Source: Burkholderiales bacterium
GTDB lineage: Bacteria > Pseudomonadota > Gammaproteobacteria > Burkholderiales > SG8-39
DNA length: 64,000 nucleotides
Direction of reading: 5' to 3'
Assembly (NCBI GenBank): GCA_036394595.1
Contig: DASWEU010000201.1
Coordinates: forward strand, 395 to 64,394
The notes beneath the pieces are model-generated. The model did not search any database, was not told where the DNA came from, and saw only the letters and a list, made by a program, of their open reading frames with translations. Of this stretch, positions 10,201 through 19,492 are shown piece by piece. Position 1 is the first letter of the stretch, and each line of letters opens with the position of its first letter. The position numbers were made by a program, and so were the translations under genes.

Positions 10201-10331
10201 CACCCCGGAGTCGGCGAAAAGGGCGTATAACAGTCCCACGAAGTGCGCCGTCAGATGCCGATCAGCACCCGGCTTCTCCCTCCCGCAGTCCTGCTTCGCG
10301 ATGTCCGCCGTGTGCTCCGAGGAAATACCAA

Positions 10332-10796
10332 ATGATCCGTCTTCAAAGAGGCTTCACGCTTATCGAACTGATGATCGTCGTGGCGATCATCGGCATCCTG
10401 GCCGCGGTCGCGTTGCCGGCGTACCAGGACTACACGGTCCGCGCCAAGATGTCGGAAGTGATTCTCGCCATGAGCGCCTGCCGTACGTCGATCACCGAGA
10501 TCTACCAGACCGGCGGCACCCCGCCGGTCGCCAATGGCTGGGGCTGCGAGCAAGGCGTGACGTCGAAATACGTCAAGGCGATCTCGACGGACACCAATGG
10601 CTCGGTCACGGCAACGGCGCAGAACATCAGCGCCGACGTCAACGACTCGCTGGTGACGCTGTTCCCGCTGAACTCCGCCGGCGCCCCGTCCACCTCGGCG
10701 AGCGACATGGGCAAGGGCATTTCCAGCTGGACTTGCGGCGGCACCGGCACCACGCTGAACAAGAAGTACCTGCCCGGCTCCTGCCGCGGCTCGTAA
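10332..10796 (+). CDS. pilA: Type IVa pilin (PilA/PilE-type major pilin)
   Basis: Class III leader and N-methylation site MIRLQRG/FTLIELMIVVAIIGILAAVALPAYQDY. C-terminal Cys pair (CGGTGTTLNKKYLPGSC) forms the D-region loop. Confidence 0.9.
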   Translation: MIRLQRGFTLIELMIVVAIIGILAAVALPAYQDYTVRAKMSEVILAMSACRTSITEIYQTGGTPPVANGWGCEQGVTSKYVKAISTDTNGSVTATAQNISADVNDSLVTLFPLNSAGAPSTSASDMGKGISSWTCGGTGTTLNKKYLPGSCRGS

Positions 10797-10864
10797 CAGC
10801 AGCTCCGCTTCGCTAGTACGGCAAGACCCCTCCGGCTGCGGCCGGATGGGGTAATCTTGCCGGC

Positions 10865-11494
10865 ATGAACGCGAAAATCATGGGCGCCGGCATTGCCGGC
10901 GCCGTCGTTATCGCGATCGCCGGCTACTTCGCCTTTTCCTCGCACCAGACGGTCCAGCAGCAGACGGCGCTGCGCGGCCTGATCGCCGATTCCACCGGCC
11001 TGCTGCGCGAGGCGCTGTCGAAGGCGCCCACCGCCGAGGGCGCGGCCAGGCTCGACGCCAACCTGCAGGCCATCGGCAACTCCGCCCGCGACCGCGCCTT
11101 TGCCGACGCCACCGAGCACTACATCCTGGGCGCGCGCGAGATCGCGCGCCGGCGCCTCGACGCCAACCGGCTGCTGCGCGAGGCGGCGGAAGCGCGCCAG
11201 GCGCTCGCCGCGCACATGGCGCGGCCCTCGGTGCCGCGCGAGCGCTGGATCCATGCGGCGGGCGAGATGAAGCGGCGCGTGGATGCCGTTCACGCCGACC
11301 TCGGCCGGGTGCTGAAGGCGCTCGACGAGAACCTCGAGTCGATGGGCGACGCCCTCAAGCGCCTCGAGCCGCACGGCGTCAGCGCCTCGCTGATCGACGA
11401 TGAGACCATCGCCGCCGCGCGCAAGCGCGCCCAGGCCGAAGCCGCGACGGCCGCCGTCGACCTGGAAAAAGCCCGCACCCTCGCGCCGCGCTGA
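10865..11494 (+). CDS. Hypothetical N-terminally membrane-anchored helical protein
   Basis: Single N-terminal TM (GAGIAGAVVIAIAGYFAF) followed by an Ala/Arg/Glu-rich helical region. No recognisable domain. Confidence 0.5.
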   Translation: MNAKIMGAGIAGAVVIAIAGYFAFSSHQTVQQQTALRGLIADSTGLLREALSKAPTAEGAARLDANLQAIGNSARDRAFADATEHYILGAREIARRRLDANRLLREAAEARQALAAHMARPSVPRERWIHAAGEMKRRVDAVHADLGRVLKALDENLESMGDALKRLEPHGVSASLIDDETIAAARKRAQAEAATAAVDLEKARTLAPR

Positions 11495-11697
11495 TGGCGC
11501 TGTGGCAGAAGCTGTGGCTCGTCTTCGCGACGATCTGGGTCGTCGTCGCCGCGCTCCAGGTCGGCAGCATCCTCGCGCTGTCTGAAGCGCCGGAAAAGGC
11601 GCTGCTGCCGGCGGTTCTGGGCGTGGCCGTGCCGGCCACCGTCTACCTGCTCGCCTGGCTATGGCACCGCTGGCGCGGCGGCAAGCGAGGCGATTAG
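11494..11697 (+). CDS. Small two-TM membrane protein (hypothetical)
   Basis: TGATG coupling to the upstream ORF and two hydrophobic segments. The 3' end overlaps the convergent transaldolase by about 39 nt. Confidence 0.4.
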   Translation: MALWQKLWLVFATIWVVVAALQVGSILALSEAPEKALLPAVLGVAVPATVYLLAWLWHRWRGGKRGD

Positions 11698-12582
11698 TTT
11701 TTCGAGCTTGCGCGCATCGGCGTCGAAGCGCCGGATGCCCTCGGCGAGCTTCTCGGTCGCCATGGCGTCCTCGTTGTGCATCCAGCGGAAGGATTTTTCA
11801 TCCAGGGTTATTTTCTGGATGGACTGGTTTTTCGCTTTTTCGACCGAAAGAATTTTTTCAACAGGTCCTGGCGATGAAGATAATTTCTCAAGCAAGTCAG
11901 GAGCGATAGTCAAAAGATCACACCCCGATAAGGCAAGAATCTGGCCGATCTTGCGGAAGCTCGCGCCCATCACCTGCGTCTGGTAGCCGTGCTTCTTGTA
12001 GTAGTTATAGATGCGCACCACCGAGGCGACGCCGGGATCTTCATGAATTTCAATATCAGATACCCCCCTCTGATGCTTGTGCCAATCGTAGATTCTTCCA
12101 ACGAAGGGAGAGATCAGCGTGACGCCGGCATCGGCGCAGGCCACGGCCTGCGCGAAGGAGAAAAGCAGCGTCATGTTGCAGTGGATGCCGTCGCGCTCGA
12201 GCTTGGCGGCGGCGCGGATGCCTTCCCAGGTGCTGGCTAACTTGATCAGCACCCGCTCGCGGCTCACGCCCGCTTTTTCGTACAACGAGATAAAACGGCG
12301 TGCTTTTACGATGGAATTCTCGGTGTCGAAGGAAAGTCGAGCGTCGACTTCCGTCGAAACCCGCCCGTCGATGTGGCGCAGGATCTCCTGACCGAAATTC
12401 ACAAACAGCCGGTCGATGTCCGGATCGATCAGGTGTTTGAATCGCGCGTCTGCCGCCGCCGCCAGCAACAGCGAGGGATTGGTGGTCGCGTCGCGCGGTT
12501 TCCACTTCGCGATCGCCCCGATGTCGCCGCTGTCGGCGACCACCACCGAGTGCTGGCTGAGGCTGGCGAGTTGGGACATCAT
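11659..12582 (-). CDS. tal: Transaldolase
   Basis: Collinear with E. coli TalB: [41 protein letters not shown] (Schiff-base Lys), [18 protein letters not shown]. Start MMSQL at 12582. The upstream part of the 589-aa track ORF is read-through. Confidence 0.9.
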   Translation of the reverse strand: MMSQLASLSQHSVVVADSGDIGAIAKWKPRDATTNPSLLLAAAADARFKHLIDPDIDRLFVNFGQEILRHIDGRVSTEVDARLSFDTENSIVKARRFISLYEKAGVSRERVLIKLASTWEGIRAAAKLERDGIHCNMTLLFSFAQAVACADAGVTLISPFVGRIYDWHKHQRGVSDIEIHEDPGVASVVRIYNYYKKHGYQTQVMGASFRKIGQILALSGCDLLTIAPDLLEKLSSSPGPVEKILSVEKAKNQSIQKITLDEKSFRWMHNEDAMATEKLAEGIRRFDADARKLEKLIASLAAAPAVP

Positions 12583-12606
12583 TGAGCCAATTATAAGAGG
12601 GGTGAA

Positions 12607-13899
12607 ATGGGGGGAATCAGCACTCGACCGGGCCTGGTGCGCACCAACTATGCCGTGCGCACGGTGGCGTTCGCCTACTGCTTCCTCACCATCGGCGTCT
12701 ACCTGTGGGAGAGGGGCGCCACCCCGGTCGTCTGGGCGATGCTCGCGCTGCAGTTCCTCGCCTACCCGCACCTGCTCTTCTGGCGCGCGCTGCGCTCGGC
12801 CCGCGCCAGCCGCGCCGAGCGCGACAACCTCTACTTCGACTCGGTGCTGATGGGCGCCTGGGCGGCGTTCCTCCACTTCCCGACCTGGATCACGCTCGCG
12901 CTGGTCGGCAGCACCACCATGAACGCCGCCGTAAACCGCGGCGGGCTGGGGATCGCGATCTCGGGCGCCTGCACGCTCGCCGGCTTCGCCATGTGGGGGG
13001 CGGTGGACGGACTGCACCACGAGCCGATGACCAGCGACCGGGTGACGCTGCTGTGCTTTTTCGGCTGCTTGATCTATGGCACCACGGTGTCCTACGTGAA
13101 TTACCGGCGCACCCTCGTCCTGCGCGCGGCGCGCGAGGCCCTCGCCACGAGCGAGGAGCGCTACCGCCTGATCGCCGAGAACGCCGGCGACCTGATCGCG
13201 ATGGTCGACCGGGCAGGGCGCTGGCTCTACACCAGCCCCTCCTGCGAGAAGGTGCTGGACGCCGCGCAGCTTGCCCCCGGGGCGGACGCCCTGGCGCGGG
13301 TGCACCCGGACGACGCTGAGTTCGCCCGCACGGCCATCGCCAAGGCGAGTGGCGGTAAGGCGCGCGAGCTCGCGCTGCGCCTGGTGGACCGCGACGGGCG
13401 CGTGCGCCAGTTCCGCGTTCACGTCCACGCCCTGGACGAAAGCCCCGCGTCAGGGAAAGTCCTGCTGGTCTGGGACGACGTCACCGATTTGCGCGACAGC
13501 GAGGAAAAGTTGCTGCTCGCCGCCCACGCCCTCGAGGGCATGACGGAAGCCATCCTGATCGCCGCCGCCGACGGTACCGTGCTCACGGTCAACCGGGCCT
13601 TCTGCGACATCACGGGCTACACCCGCTCGGACGTCCTCGGCCGGCCCGAGAGGGACATCCGCAACGCCCTGCAGCCGCCCGAGTTCTACGACGAGGTCTA
13701 CGCCGCCGTGCAGCGGGACGGCTACTGGTCGGGGACGACCTGGAGCAAGCGCAAGAACGGCTCGGTCTACCGGGAGTGGCGCAGCGTGCGGGCGGTGCGC
13801 GACGACGCCCGGGCGACCACGCACTATGTCAGTGTGTTCTACGAGGTCGGCGCCCCGAAGTCGTCCAGCCAGGCGAGCGGAAACCCGGTAGGGGCCTGA
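12607..13899 (+). CDS. Membrane sensor protein: multi-TM N-terminal module (MASE2-like) plus two PAS domains, with no recognisable output domain
   Basis: About 5 predicted TM helices in the first 170 aa, then two PAS-like repeats ([20 protein letters not shown]...; [30 protein letters not shown]...). It ends right after PAS2. Confidence 0.7.
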   Translation: MGGISTRPGLVRTNYAVRTVAFAYCFLTIGVYLWERGATPVVWAMLALQFLAYPHLLFWRALRSARASRAERDNLYFDSVLMGAWAAFLHFPTWITLALVGSTTMNAAVNRGGLGIAISGACTLAGFAMWGAVDGLHHEPMTSDRVTLLCFFGCLIYGTTVSYVNYRRTLVLRAAREALATSEERYRLIAENAGDLIAMVDRAGRWLYTSPSCEKVLDAAQLAPGADALARVHPDDAEFARTAIAKASGGKARELALRLVDRDGRVRQFRVHVHALDESPASGKVLLVWDDVTDLRDSEEKLLLAAHALEGMTEAILIAAADGTVLTVNRAFCDITGYTRSDVLGRPERDIRNALQPPEFYDEVYAAVQRDGYWSGTTWSKRKNGSVYREWRSVRAVRDDARATTHYVSVFYEVGAPKSSSQASGNPVGA

Positions 13900-13975
13900 A
13901 TCTCAAGCTTTATCTGTCGGTGTTACGGGAGTATATTGCTGCTCCACAACAAGGCACACGACATGGGGCGCACCG

Positions 13976-15817
13976 TTGCAACCGACAGATGTAAAGAAAC
14001 CCGACTACTTCCATAAAGTCGTCGATTGCCAGTGGGCCTGCCCGGCCCATACGCCCGTTCCCGAATACATCCGGATGATCGCCGCAGGCAGGTACGGCGA
14101 CGCCTACATGGTCAACTGGGATTCGAACGTCTTCCCGGGAATTCTCGGCCGCACCTGCGATCGTCCCTGCGAGCCCGCCTGCCGCCGCGGCCGCGTCGAG
14201 GAAGCGCAGCTGGCGAAGCCCGAGCCGGTGGCCATTTGCCGGTTGAAGCGGGTGGCGGCTGATTACAAAGATCCCGCAGAAATTTCCAAGAGAATTTCCC
14301 AGCATAAGAAGACGAAAAGCAACGGCAGGAAAATCGCCTGCGTCGGCGCCGGCCCGGCCTCGCTCACCGTGGCGCGCGACCTCGCGCCGCTCGGCTACGA
14401 GGTCACGGTGTTCGACCAGGACCCGCAGGCCGGCGGCATGATCTGGACGCAGATTCCGCGCTTCCGCCTGCCCGAGGAAGTGATTCACGAGGAGGTGAAC
14501 TACATCCTCGATCTGGGCGTTTCCTTTGTACAGAAAAAGATAACTTCCCTGAAACAAGTGATGGCGGAAGGCTACGACGCGATTTTCGTGGGTTCTGGAG
14601 CTCCAAGAGGAAGAGATTTAAGTATTCCGGGGAGAAAAGAAGGGGCAAAGAACATCCACATCGGCATCGACTGGCTCTCGTCGGTGTCCTTCGGACATAC
14701 GACAAAAATCGGCAAGCGCGTCATCGTGCTCGGCGGCGGCAACACCGCGATGGACTGCTGCCGCACCTCGCGGCGCCTGGGCGGCGACGACGTCAAGGTG
14801 ATCGTGCGCTCGGGCTTCGACGAGATGAAGGCGAGCCCCTGGGAGAAGGAAGACGCCGCCCACGAGGGCATTCCCATCTTGAACTTTCTGGTTCCAAAGA
14901 CTTTTGTTGTTAGAAATCTATCCTTGGTTGGCATGACCTTCGAGAAGGTCAAGGCTGTCTACGACGATAAAGGCCGCCGATCGCTGGTTCCGACGGGCGA
15001 GCCGGACCAGTTCTTCGAGTGCGACGACGTGCTGGTCGCCGTCGGCCAGGAAAACGCCTTCCCGTGGATCGAAAAGGATGCCGGGGTCGATTTCGACAAG
15101 AATGGCCTTCCCGTCCTCGATAAAACGACTTTCCAGTCGTCCGTCAAAAACATCTTCTTCGGCGGCGACTCTGCCTTTGGCCCGAAGAACATCATCTGGG
15201 CGGTCGCCCACGGCCACGACGCCGCCGTTTCCATCGATAAATTAATTAATTCAGAAGATCTGAAAGACCGACCCCCGCCGGGCGTCAGCATGATGTCGCA
15301 GAAGATGGGCATCCACGAGTGGAGCTACGACAACGAGATCGCCAACGACCAGCGCTTCGTGGTGCCCTGGGCGGATATCAAGAAGACGCTGAAGAACGTG
15401 AAGATGGAGGTCGAGCTCGGCTTCGACGTCGCCACCGCCTGGAAGGAAGCGCAGCGCTGCCTCAACTGCGACGTGCAGACGGTGTTCACCGACAAGCTGT
15501 GCATCGAGTGCGACGCCTGCGTCGACATCTGCCCGATGGACTGCATCTCCTTCGTTCCCAACGCCGAAGAAGATGCTCTGAGAAAAAATCTGAATGCTCC
15601 GGCCAGGAACGCGACGCAGGATCTTTACGTGTCCGGCGAATTAAAAACCAAACGCGTGATGGTGAAGGACGAGGATGTCTGCCTGCACTGCGGCCTGTGC
15701 GCCGAGCGCTGCCCGACGGGCGCCTGGGACATGCAGAAGTTCCTGCTCGACATCACCCATGCTGGCCATGGTTGTCGCCCTTCAAATAAAAAATCTATTC
15801 CTAAAAAAGCTGCTTAG
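13976..15817 (+). CDS. GltD-like FAD/NAD(P)H oxidoreductase with N-terminal Fe-S domain and C-terminal 2x[4Fe-4S] ferredoxin domain (KorC-like)
   Basis: CQWACPAHTPVPEYI and CDRPCEPACRR Fe-S motifs, GAGPASL dinucleotide fold, CIECDACVDICP and CLHCGLCAERCP ferredoxin motifs. Apparent TTG start at 13976. Confidence 0.8.
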   Translation: MQPTDVKKPDYFHKVVDCQWACPAHTPVPEYIRMIAAGRYGDAYMVNWDSNVFPGILGRTCDRPCEPACRRGRVEEAQLAKPEPVAICRLKRVAADYKDPAEISKRISQHKKTKSNGRKIACVGAGPASLTVARDLAPLGYEVTVFDQDPQAGGMIWTQIPRFRLPEEVIHEEVNYILDLGVSFVQKKITSLKQVMAEGYDAIFVGSGAPRGRDLSIPGRKEGAKNIHIGIDWLSSVSFGHTTKIGKRVIVLGGGNTAMDCCRTSRRLGGDDVKVIVRSGFDEMKASPWEKEDAAHEGIPILNFLVPKTFVVRNLSLVGMTFEKVKAVYDDKGRRSLVPTGEPDQFFECDDVLVAVGQENAFPWIEKDAGVDFDKNGLPVLDKTTFQSSVKNIFFGGDSAFGPKNIIWAVAHGHDAAVSIDKLINSEDLKDRPPPGVSMMSQKMGIHEWSYDNEIANDQRFVVPWADIKKTLKNVKMEVELGFDVATAWKEAQRCLNCDVQTVFTDKLCIECDACVDICPMDCISFVPNAEEDALRKNLNAPARNATQDLYVSGELKTKRVMVKDEDVCLHCGLCAERCPTGAWDMQKFLLDITHAGHGCRPSNKKSIPKKAA

Positions 15818-15820
15818 AAC

Positions 15821-17662
15821 ATGAAACGAATAGAAGCAATTAACGATTTCGTCGTCAAGTTCGCCAACGTCAACGGCTCGGGCTCGGCATCCGCCAACGA
15901 GCTCTTCGCCAAGAGCTTCCTGCGCATGGGCATCCCGGTGAGCCCGCGCAACATCTTCCCCTCCAACATCCAGGGCCTGCCGACCTGGTACGAGGTCCGG
16001 GTGACGGAGAAGGGCCATCTGGGACGGCGCGGCGGGGTCGACCTGATGGTCGCCATGAACCCGCAGACCTGGGCGCAGGACGTGAAGGAGATCGACCCGG
16101 GCGGCTACCTCTTCTACGACAACACCAAGGCGCTCGCGCCCTCCAAGTTCCGCGACGACATCAACGTCATCGGCATGCCGCTCACGGACATCTGCAACCA
16201 GAACTACACCGACCCGCGCGAGCGCCAGCTGTTCAAGAACATCATCTACGTCGGCGCGCTCGCCGGCCTGATGGGCATCGAGCCCGGGGTGATCGCCGAG
16301 CTGATCGGCGAGCAGTACAAGGGCAAGGAGAAGCTCCTCAAGCCGAACCTGAATGCCTTGCAATTGGGCTTGAATTTTTCACAGACATATTTAAAAGATG
16401 CGGTTGGCCTCAAGGTCAAGCGCGCCTACAACGTCGGCGAGAAGGTGTTTATCGACGGCAACTCGGCGGCGGCGCTGGGCTGCGTCTACGGCGGCGCCAC
16501 GGTGTGCGCCTGGTACCCGATCACGCCGTCGTCCTCGCTCGCCGAGGCCTTCACCTTCTATTGCTCGAAGCTGCGGGTCGACAAGGAGACCGGCAAGAAC
16601 AAGTACGCCATCATCCAGGCCGAGGACGAGCTGGCCTCGATCGGCATCGTCACCGGCGCCGGCTGGAACGGCGCGCGCGCCTTTACCGCCACCGCGGGCC
16701 CCGGCATCTCCCTCATGTCCGAGTTCATCGGCCTCGCCTACTTCGCCGAGATCCCGGTGACCATCATCGACGTGCAGCGCGGCGGGCCCTCGACCGGCAT
16801 GCCGACGCGCACGCAGCAGTCCGACGTCCTCTCCTGCGCCTACGCCTCGCACGGCGACACCAAGCACGTGCTGCTCTTCCCCGAGGACCCGCACGAGTGC
16901 TTCGACTTCGCGGCGCAGTGCCTCGACCTCGCCGACCGGCTGCAGACGCCCGTGTTCATGATGTCCGACCTCGACATCGGCATGAACCAGCGCCTGACGG
17001 CCCCCATGACCTGGGACGACAGCCGGCGCTACGACCGCGGCAAGGTGATGAGCCGCGAGGACCTCGAGGCGGGCAAGGAATTCGGCCGCTACCTCGACGT
17101 CGACGGCGACGGCATCCCGTTCCGCACGCTGCCCGGCACGCACGAGAGCAAGGGCGCCTACTTCACGCGCGGCACCAGCCGCAACGCCTATGCCCAGTAC
17201 TCCGAGGCGGGACCGGATTACGTCTACAACATGCAGCGGCTGCTGAAGAAGTTCGAGACCGCGAAGACCATGGTGCCGAAGCCGGTGCTGACGCCGTCCA
17301 AGGAGCCCGCGCGCTTCGGCTGCATCTACTACGGCTCGACCAGCCCCTCCATGCACGAAGCCCTGGAGGCCCTGGCCGAGAAAGGCATTTTCATCAACGC
17401 CCTGCGGATCCGCGCCTTCCCGTTCCAGGACGAGATCTTCGACTTCGTGCAGTCGCACAGCAAGGTGTTCGTGGTCGAGCAGAACCGCGACGCGCAGATC
17501 AAGCAGCTGCTGGTGAACGACGCCGGCATCAATCCCGCTTCGCTGATCTCCGTCCTGCGCTACGACGGCACGCCGATCACCGCGCGCTTCATCCTGAAAG
17601 AAATCACCGAAATCGTGACGGCGCTGAACGTGCGGCCGATCAAGAAAGACAAGGCCGCATGA
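15821..17662 (+). CDS. korA: 2-oxoglutarate/2-oxoacid:ferredoxin oxidoreductase alpha subunit
   Basis: N-terminus FANVNGSGSASANELF (gamma-like domain) and alpha domain (GGATVCAWYPITPSS, QAEDELAS). Directly followed by the beta subunit with an ATGA overlap. Confidence 0.85.
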   Translation: MKRIEAINDFVVKFANVNGSGSASANELFAKSFLRMGIPVSPRNIFPSNIQGLPTWYEVRVTEKGHLGRRGGVDLMVAMNPQTWAQDVKEIDPGGYLFYDNTKALAPSKFRDDINVIGMPLTDICNQNYTDPRERQLFKNIIYVGALAGLMGIEPGVIAELIGEQYKGKEKLLKPNLNALQLGLNFSQTYLKDAVGLKVKRAYNVGEKVFIDGNSAAALGCVYGGATVCAWYPITPSSSLAEAFTFYCSKLRVDKETGKNKYAIIQAEDELASIGIVTGAGWNGARAFTATAGPGISLMSEFIGLAYFAEIPVTIIDVQRGGPSTGMPTRTQQSDVLSCAYASHGDTKHVLLFPEDPHECFDFAAQCLDLADRLQTPVFMMSDLDIGMNQRLTAPMTWDDSRRYDRGKVMSREDLEAGKEFGRYLDVDGDGIPFRTLPGTHESKGAYFTRGTSRNAYAQYSEAGPDYVYNMQRLLKKFETAKTMVPKPVLTPSKEPARFGCIYYGSTSPSMHEALEALAEKGIFINALRIRAFPFQDEIFDFVQSHSKVFVVEQNRDAQIKQLLVNDAGINPASLISVLRYDGTPITARFILKEITEIVTALNVRPIKKDKAA

Positions 17663-18714
17663 CCTTCGTCCTCAAACCCAAGCTGCACCACCCGACCCTG
17701 CCGAAGAACAAGCTCGGCTTCACGCGCCGCGACTACGAGGGCAAGGTCTCCACGCTCTGCGCCGGCTGCGGTCACGACTCCATCTCCGCGGCGCTGATCC
17801 AGGCCTTCTGGGAGCTCGACACCCAGCCGCACCGCGTCGCCAAGATGTCCGGCATCGGCTGCAGCTCGAAGACGCCCGACTACTTCCTCGGCAACTCGCA
17901 CGGCTTCAACACCGTGCACGGCCGCATGCCCTCGGTGCTGACCGGCGCCAACCTCGCCAACCGCGACCTCATCTACCTGGGCGTCTCCGGCGACGGCGAC
18001 TCCGCATCGATTGGGTTGGGACAATTCGCGCACGTGATGCGCCGCGGCGTGAACATGACCTACATCCTGGAGAACAACGGCGTCTACGGCCTCACCAAGG
18101 GCCAGTTCTCCGCCACCGCCGACAAGGGCTCGAAAGCCAAGAAGGGCGCCACCAACAAGGACGAGGCGATCGATACCGTCAGCCTCGCGCTGCTGATGGG
18201 CGCCACCTTCGTCGCGCGCAGCTTCTCCGGCGACAAGCACCAGCTCGTGCCCCTCGTGAAGGCCGCCATCGCCCACCCCGGCGCCGCCTTCATCGACGTC
18301 ATCAGCCCCTGCGTCGCCTTCAATAACCACGCCGGCAGCACCAAGAGCTACGACTACGTCCGCGAGCACAACGAGGCCGTCAATCGCCTCGACTTCTGGC
18401 CCAGCCGCGACACCATCACCGTCGACTACTCCGCCGGCGGCGTCATCGAAGTCCCCGGCGCCGACGGCAGCATCCTGAAGCTACGCAAGCTCCACGCCGA
18501 CTACGATCCCAGCGACAAGATCAACGCCCAGTCGATGATCTCCAGCGCCGGCGCCAAGGGCGAAGTCCTCACCGGACTCCTCTACCTCTCGTCCGACGCC
18601 GAAGACCTCCACGCCCACCTCAACACCTACGCTGCGCCGTTCAACAGGCTCGGTGAGAAGGACCTTTGTCCAGGGGCGGGAATGCTGGAAAAGATTAACG
18701 CCGGACTTCGATAG
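17659..18714 (+). CDS. korB: 2-oxoglutarate/2-oxoacid:ferredoxin oxidoreductase beta (TPP-binding) subunit
   Basis: CAGCGHDSI Cys motif and TPP-binding GDGDSASIG...NNGVYGLTKGQ. ATG at 17659 inside a longer spurious track ORF. Confidence 0.85.
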   Translation: MTFVLKPKLHHPTLPKNKLGFTRRDYEGKVSTLCAGCGHDSISAALIQAFWELDTQPHRVAKMSGIGCSSKTPDYFLGNSHGFNTVHGRMPSVLTGANLANRDLIYLGVSGDGDSASIGLGQFAHVMRRGVNMTYILENNGVYGLTKGQFSATADKGSKAKKGATNKDEAIDTVSLALLMGATFVARSFSGDKHQLVPLVKAAIAHPGAAFIDVISPCVAFNNHAGSTKSYDYVREHNEAVNRLDFWPSRDTITVDYSAGGVIEVPGADGSILKLRKLHADYDPSDKINAQSMISSAGAKGEVLTGLLYLSSDAEDLHAHLNTYAAPFNRLGEKDLCPGAGMLEKINAGLR

Positions 18715-18748
18715 CTCTAGTACGTCAGCCCCGTAACCTTCGTGTCAG

Positions 18749-19282
18749 TTGCTCCTATTCGAGGAGGGGCGAGATTTGACTCTCAGATTGAAGGAGCCGG
18801 CAAACGTACTCTTTAGGATCAAGCGGGGGTTAGCTGGATACGTTAGTTACCTCGCTGCGTGCGAGATGAACCCTATCTTTACGGAATACCTGCTTTACGA
18901 GCCTATCTTAAGAATACTTGCGGGTAGAGAGTACTTAGTTGAATGCGAGTACGAATGTCCGGGAATTGAACAACCGAAGAAAGGCGACAAGAAGAGAATT
19001 GACTTTGTGGCGAGGAAGGGCGATGTGCACTTTGCACTTGAGGTCAAGTGGGCGAAGGCGAAGCGTGTAATTGTTTCGCGTGATCTAAAGAAATTGCAGG
19101 CGTTTCAGAACGAATTTCCTGAGGCGAAATCATTTTTGTGCATTTTCGGAAGGAAACGTCACATTGAGAACCTCCGTCACCTAGACGAAGATTTTTGGGA
19201 ACGAGGGGAAATGGTAACTGCCGATTTCAAGAAAACGCGCTTTAGCTGCCGGGTATTCCAAATGAGGAGTTGGCTGGACTGA
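18749..19282 (+). CDS. Small PD-(D/E)xK nuclease-fold protein (restriction-endonuclease-like), hypothetical
   Basis: Core motif RIDFVARKGDVHFALEVKWAK (D ... E-x-K) preceded by a helix with conserved Glu (TEYLLYEPIL). The track start is a TTG at 18749. A TTG at 18776 has a better RBS (GAGGAGG at 18761-18767). Confidence 0.6.
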   Translation: MLLFEEGRDLTLRLKEPANVLFRIKRGLAGYVSYLAACEMNPIFTEYLLYEPILRILAGREYLVECEYECPGIEQPKKGDKKRIDFVARKGDVHFALEVKWAKAKRVIVSRDLKKLQAFQNEFPEAKSFLCIFGRKRHIENLRHLDEDFWERGEMVTADFKKTRFSCRVFQMRSWLD

Positions 19283-19492
19283 CCTCGAACGGCAATGCTG
19301 GCGAATATCAAGGCTCGGCTTTGGTACGCTACAGACGCGTTGCTCTCTCCCCCAAGTAGCGATTTAAGCCGCGGGATTAGGACATAGGGATAATTCCGGG
19401 TTGTGCTTCGTTATCCGTCTGCTGGACCGACGCTCCATGTAGGACTAGTCTCCACGCGGGGATTTTGCGTGGACGCCGAATAGTCGAGAGCA

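Noticed and set aside
10201-10331. Sigma-54 (TGGCAC-N5-TTGC) promoter upstream of the pilin gene
   Set aside because: I looked for the -24/-12 consensus and found no convincing match in the 130-bp upstream region.
13963-14020. ATG at 13963 as the start of the korC-like gene
   Set aside because: It is in a different frame and terminates after 18 codons (…LLP*). The conserved N-terminus (KKPDYFHKVVDCQWACPAH) is only reachable from the in-frame TTG at 13976.
19283-19492. Possible retron-like or other structured ncRNA in the island spacer
   Set aside because: There is only one short 7-bp hairpin, no reverse transcriptase or other RNA-dependent partner gene, and no covariation data available. 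This is insufficient to call an RNA gene.
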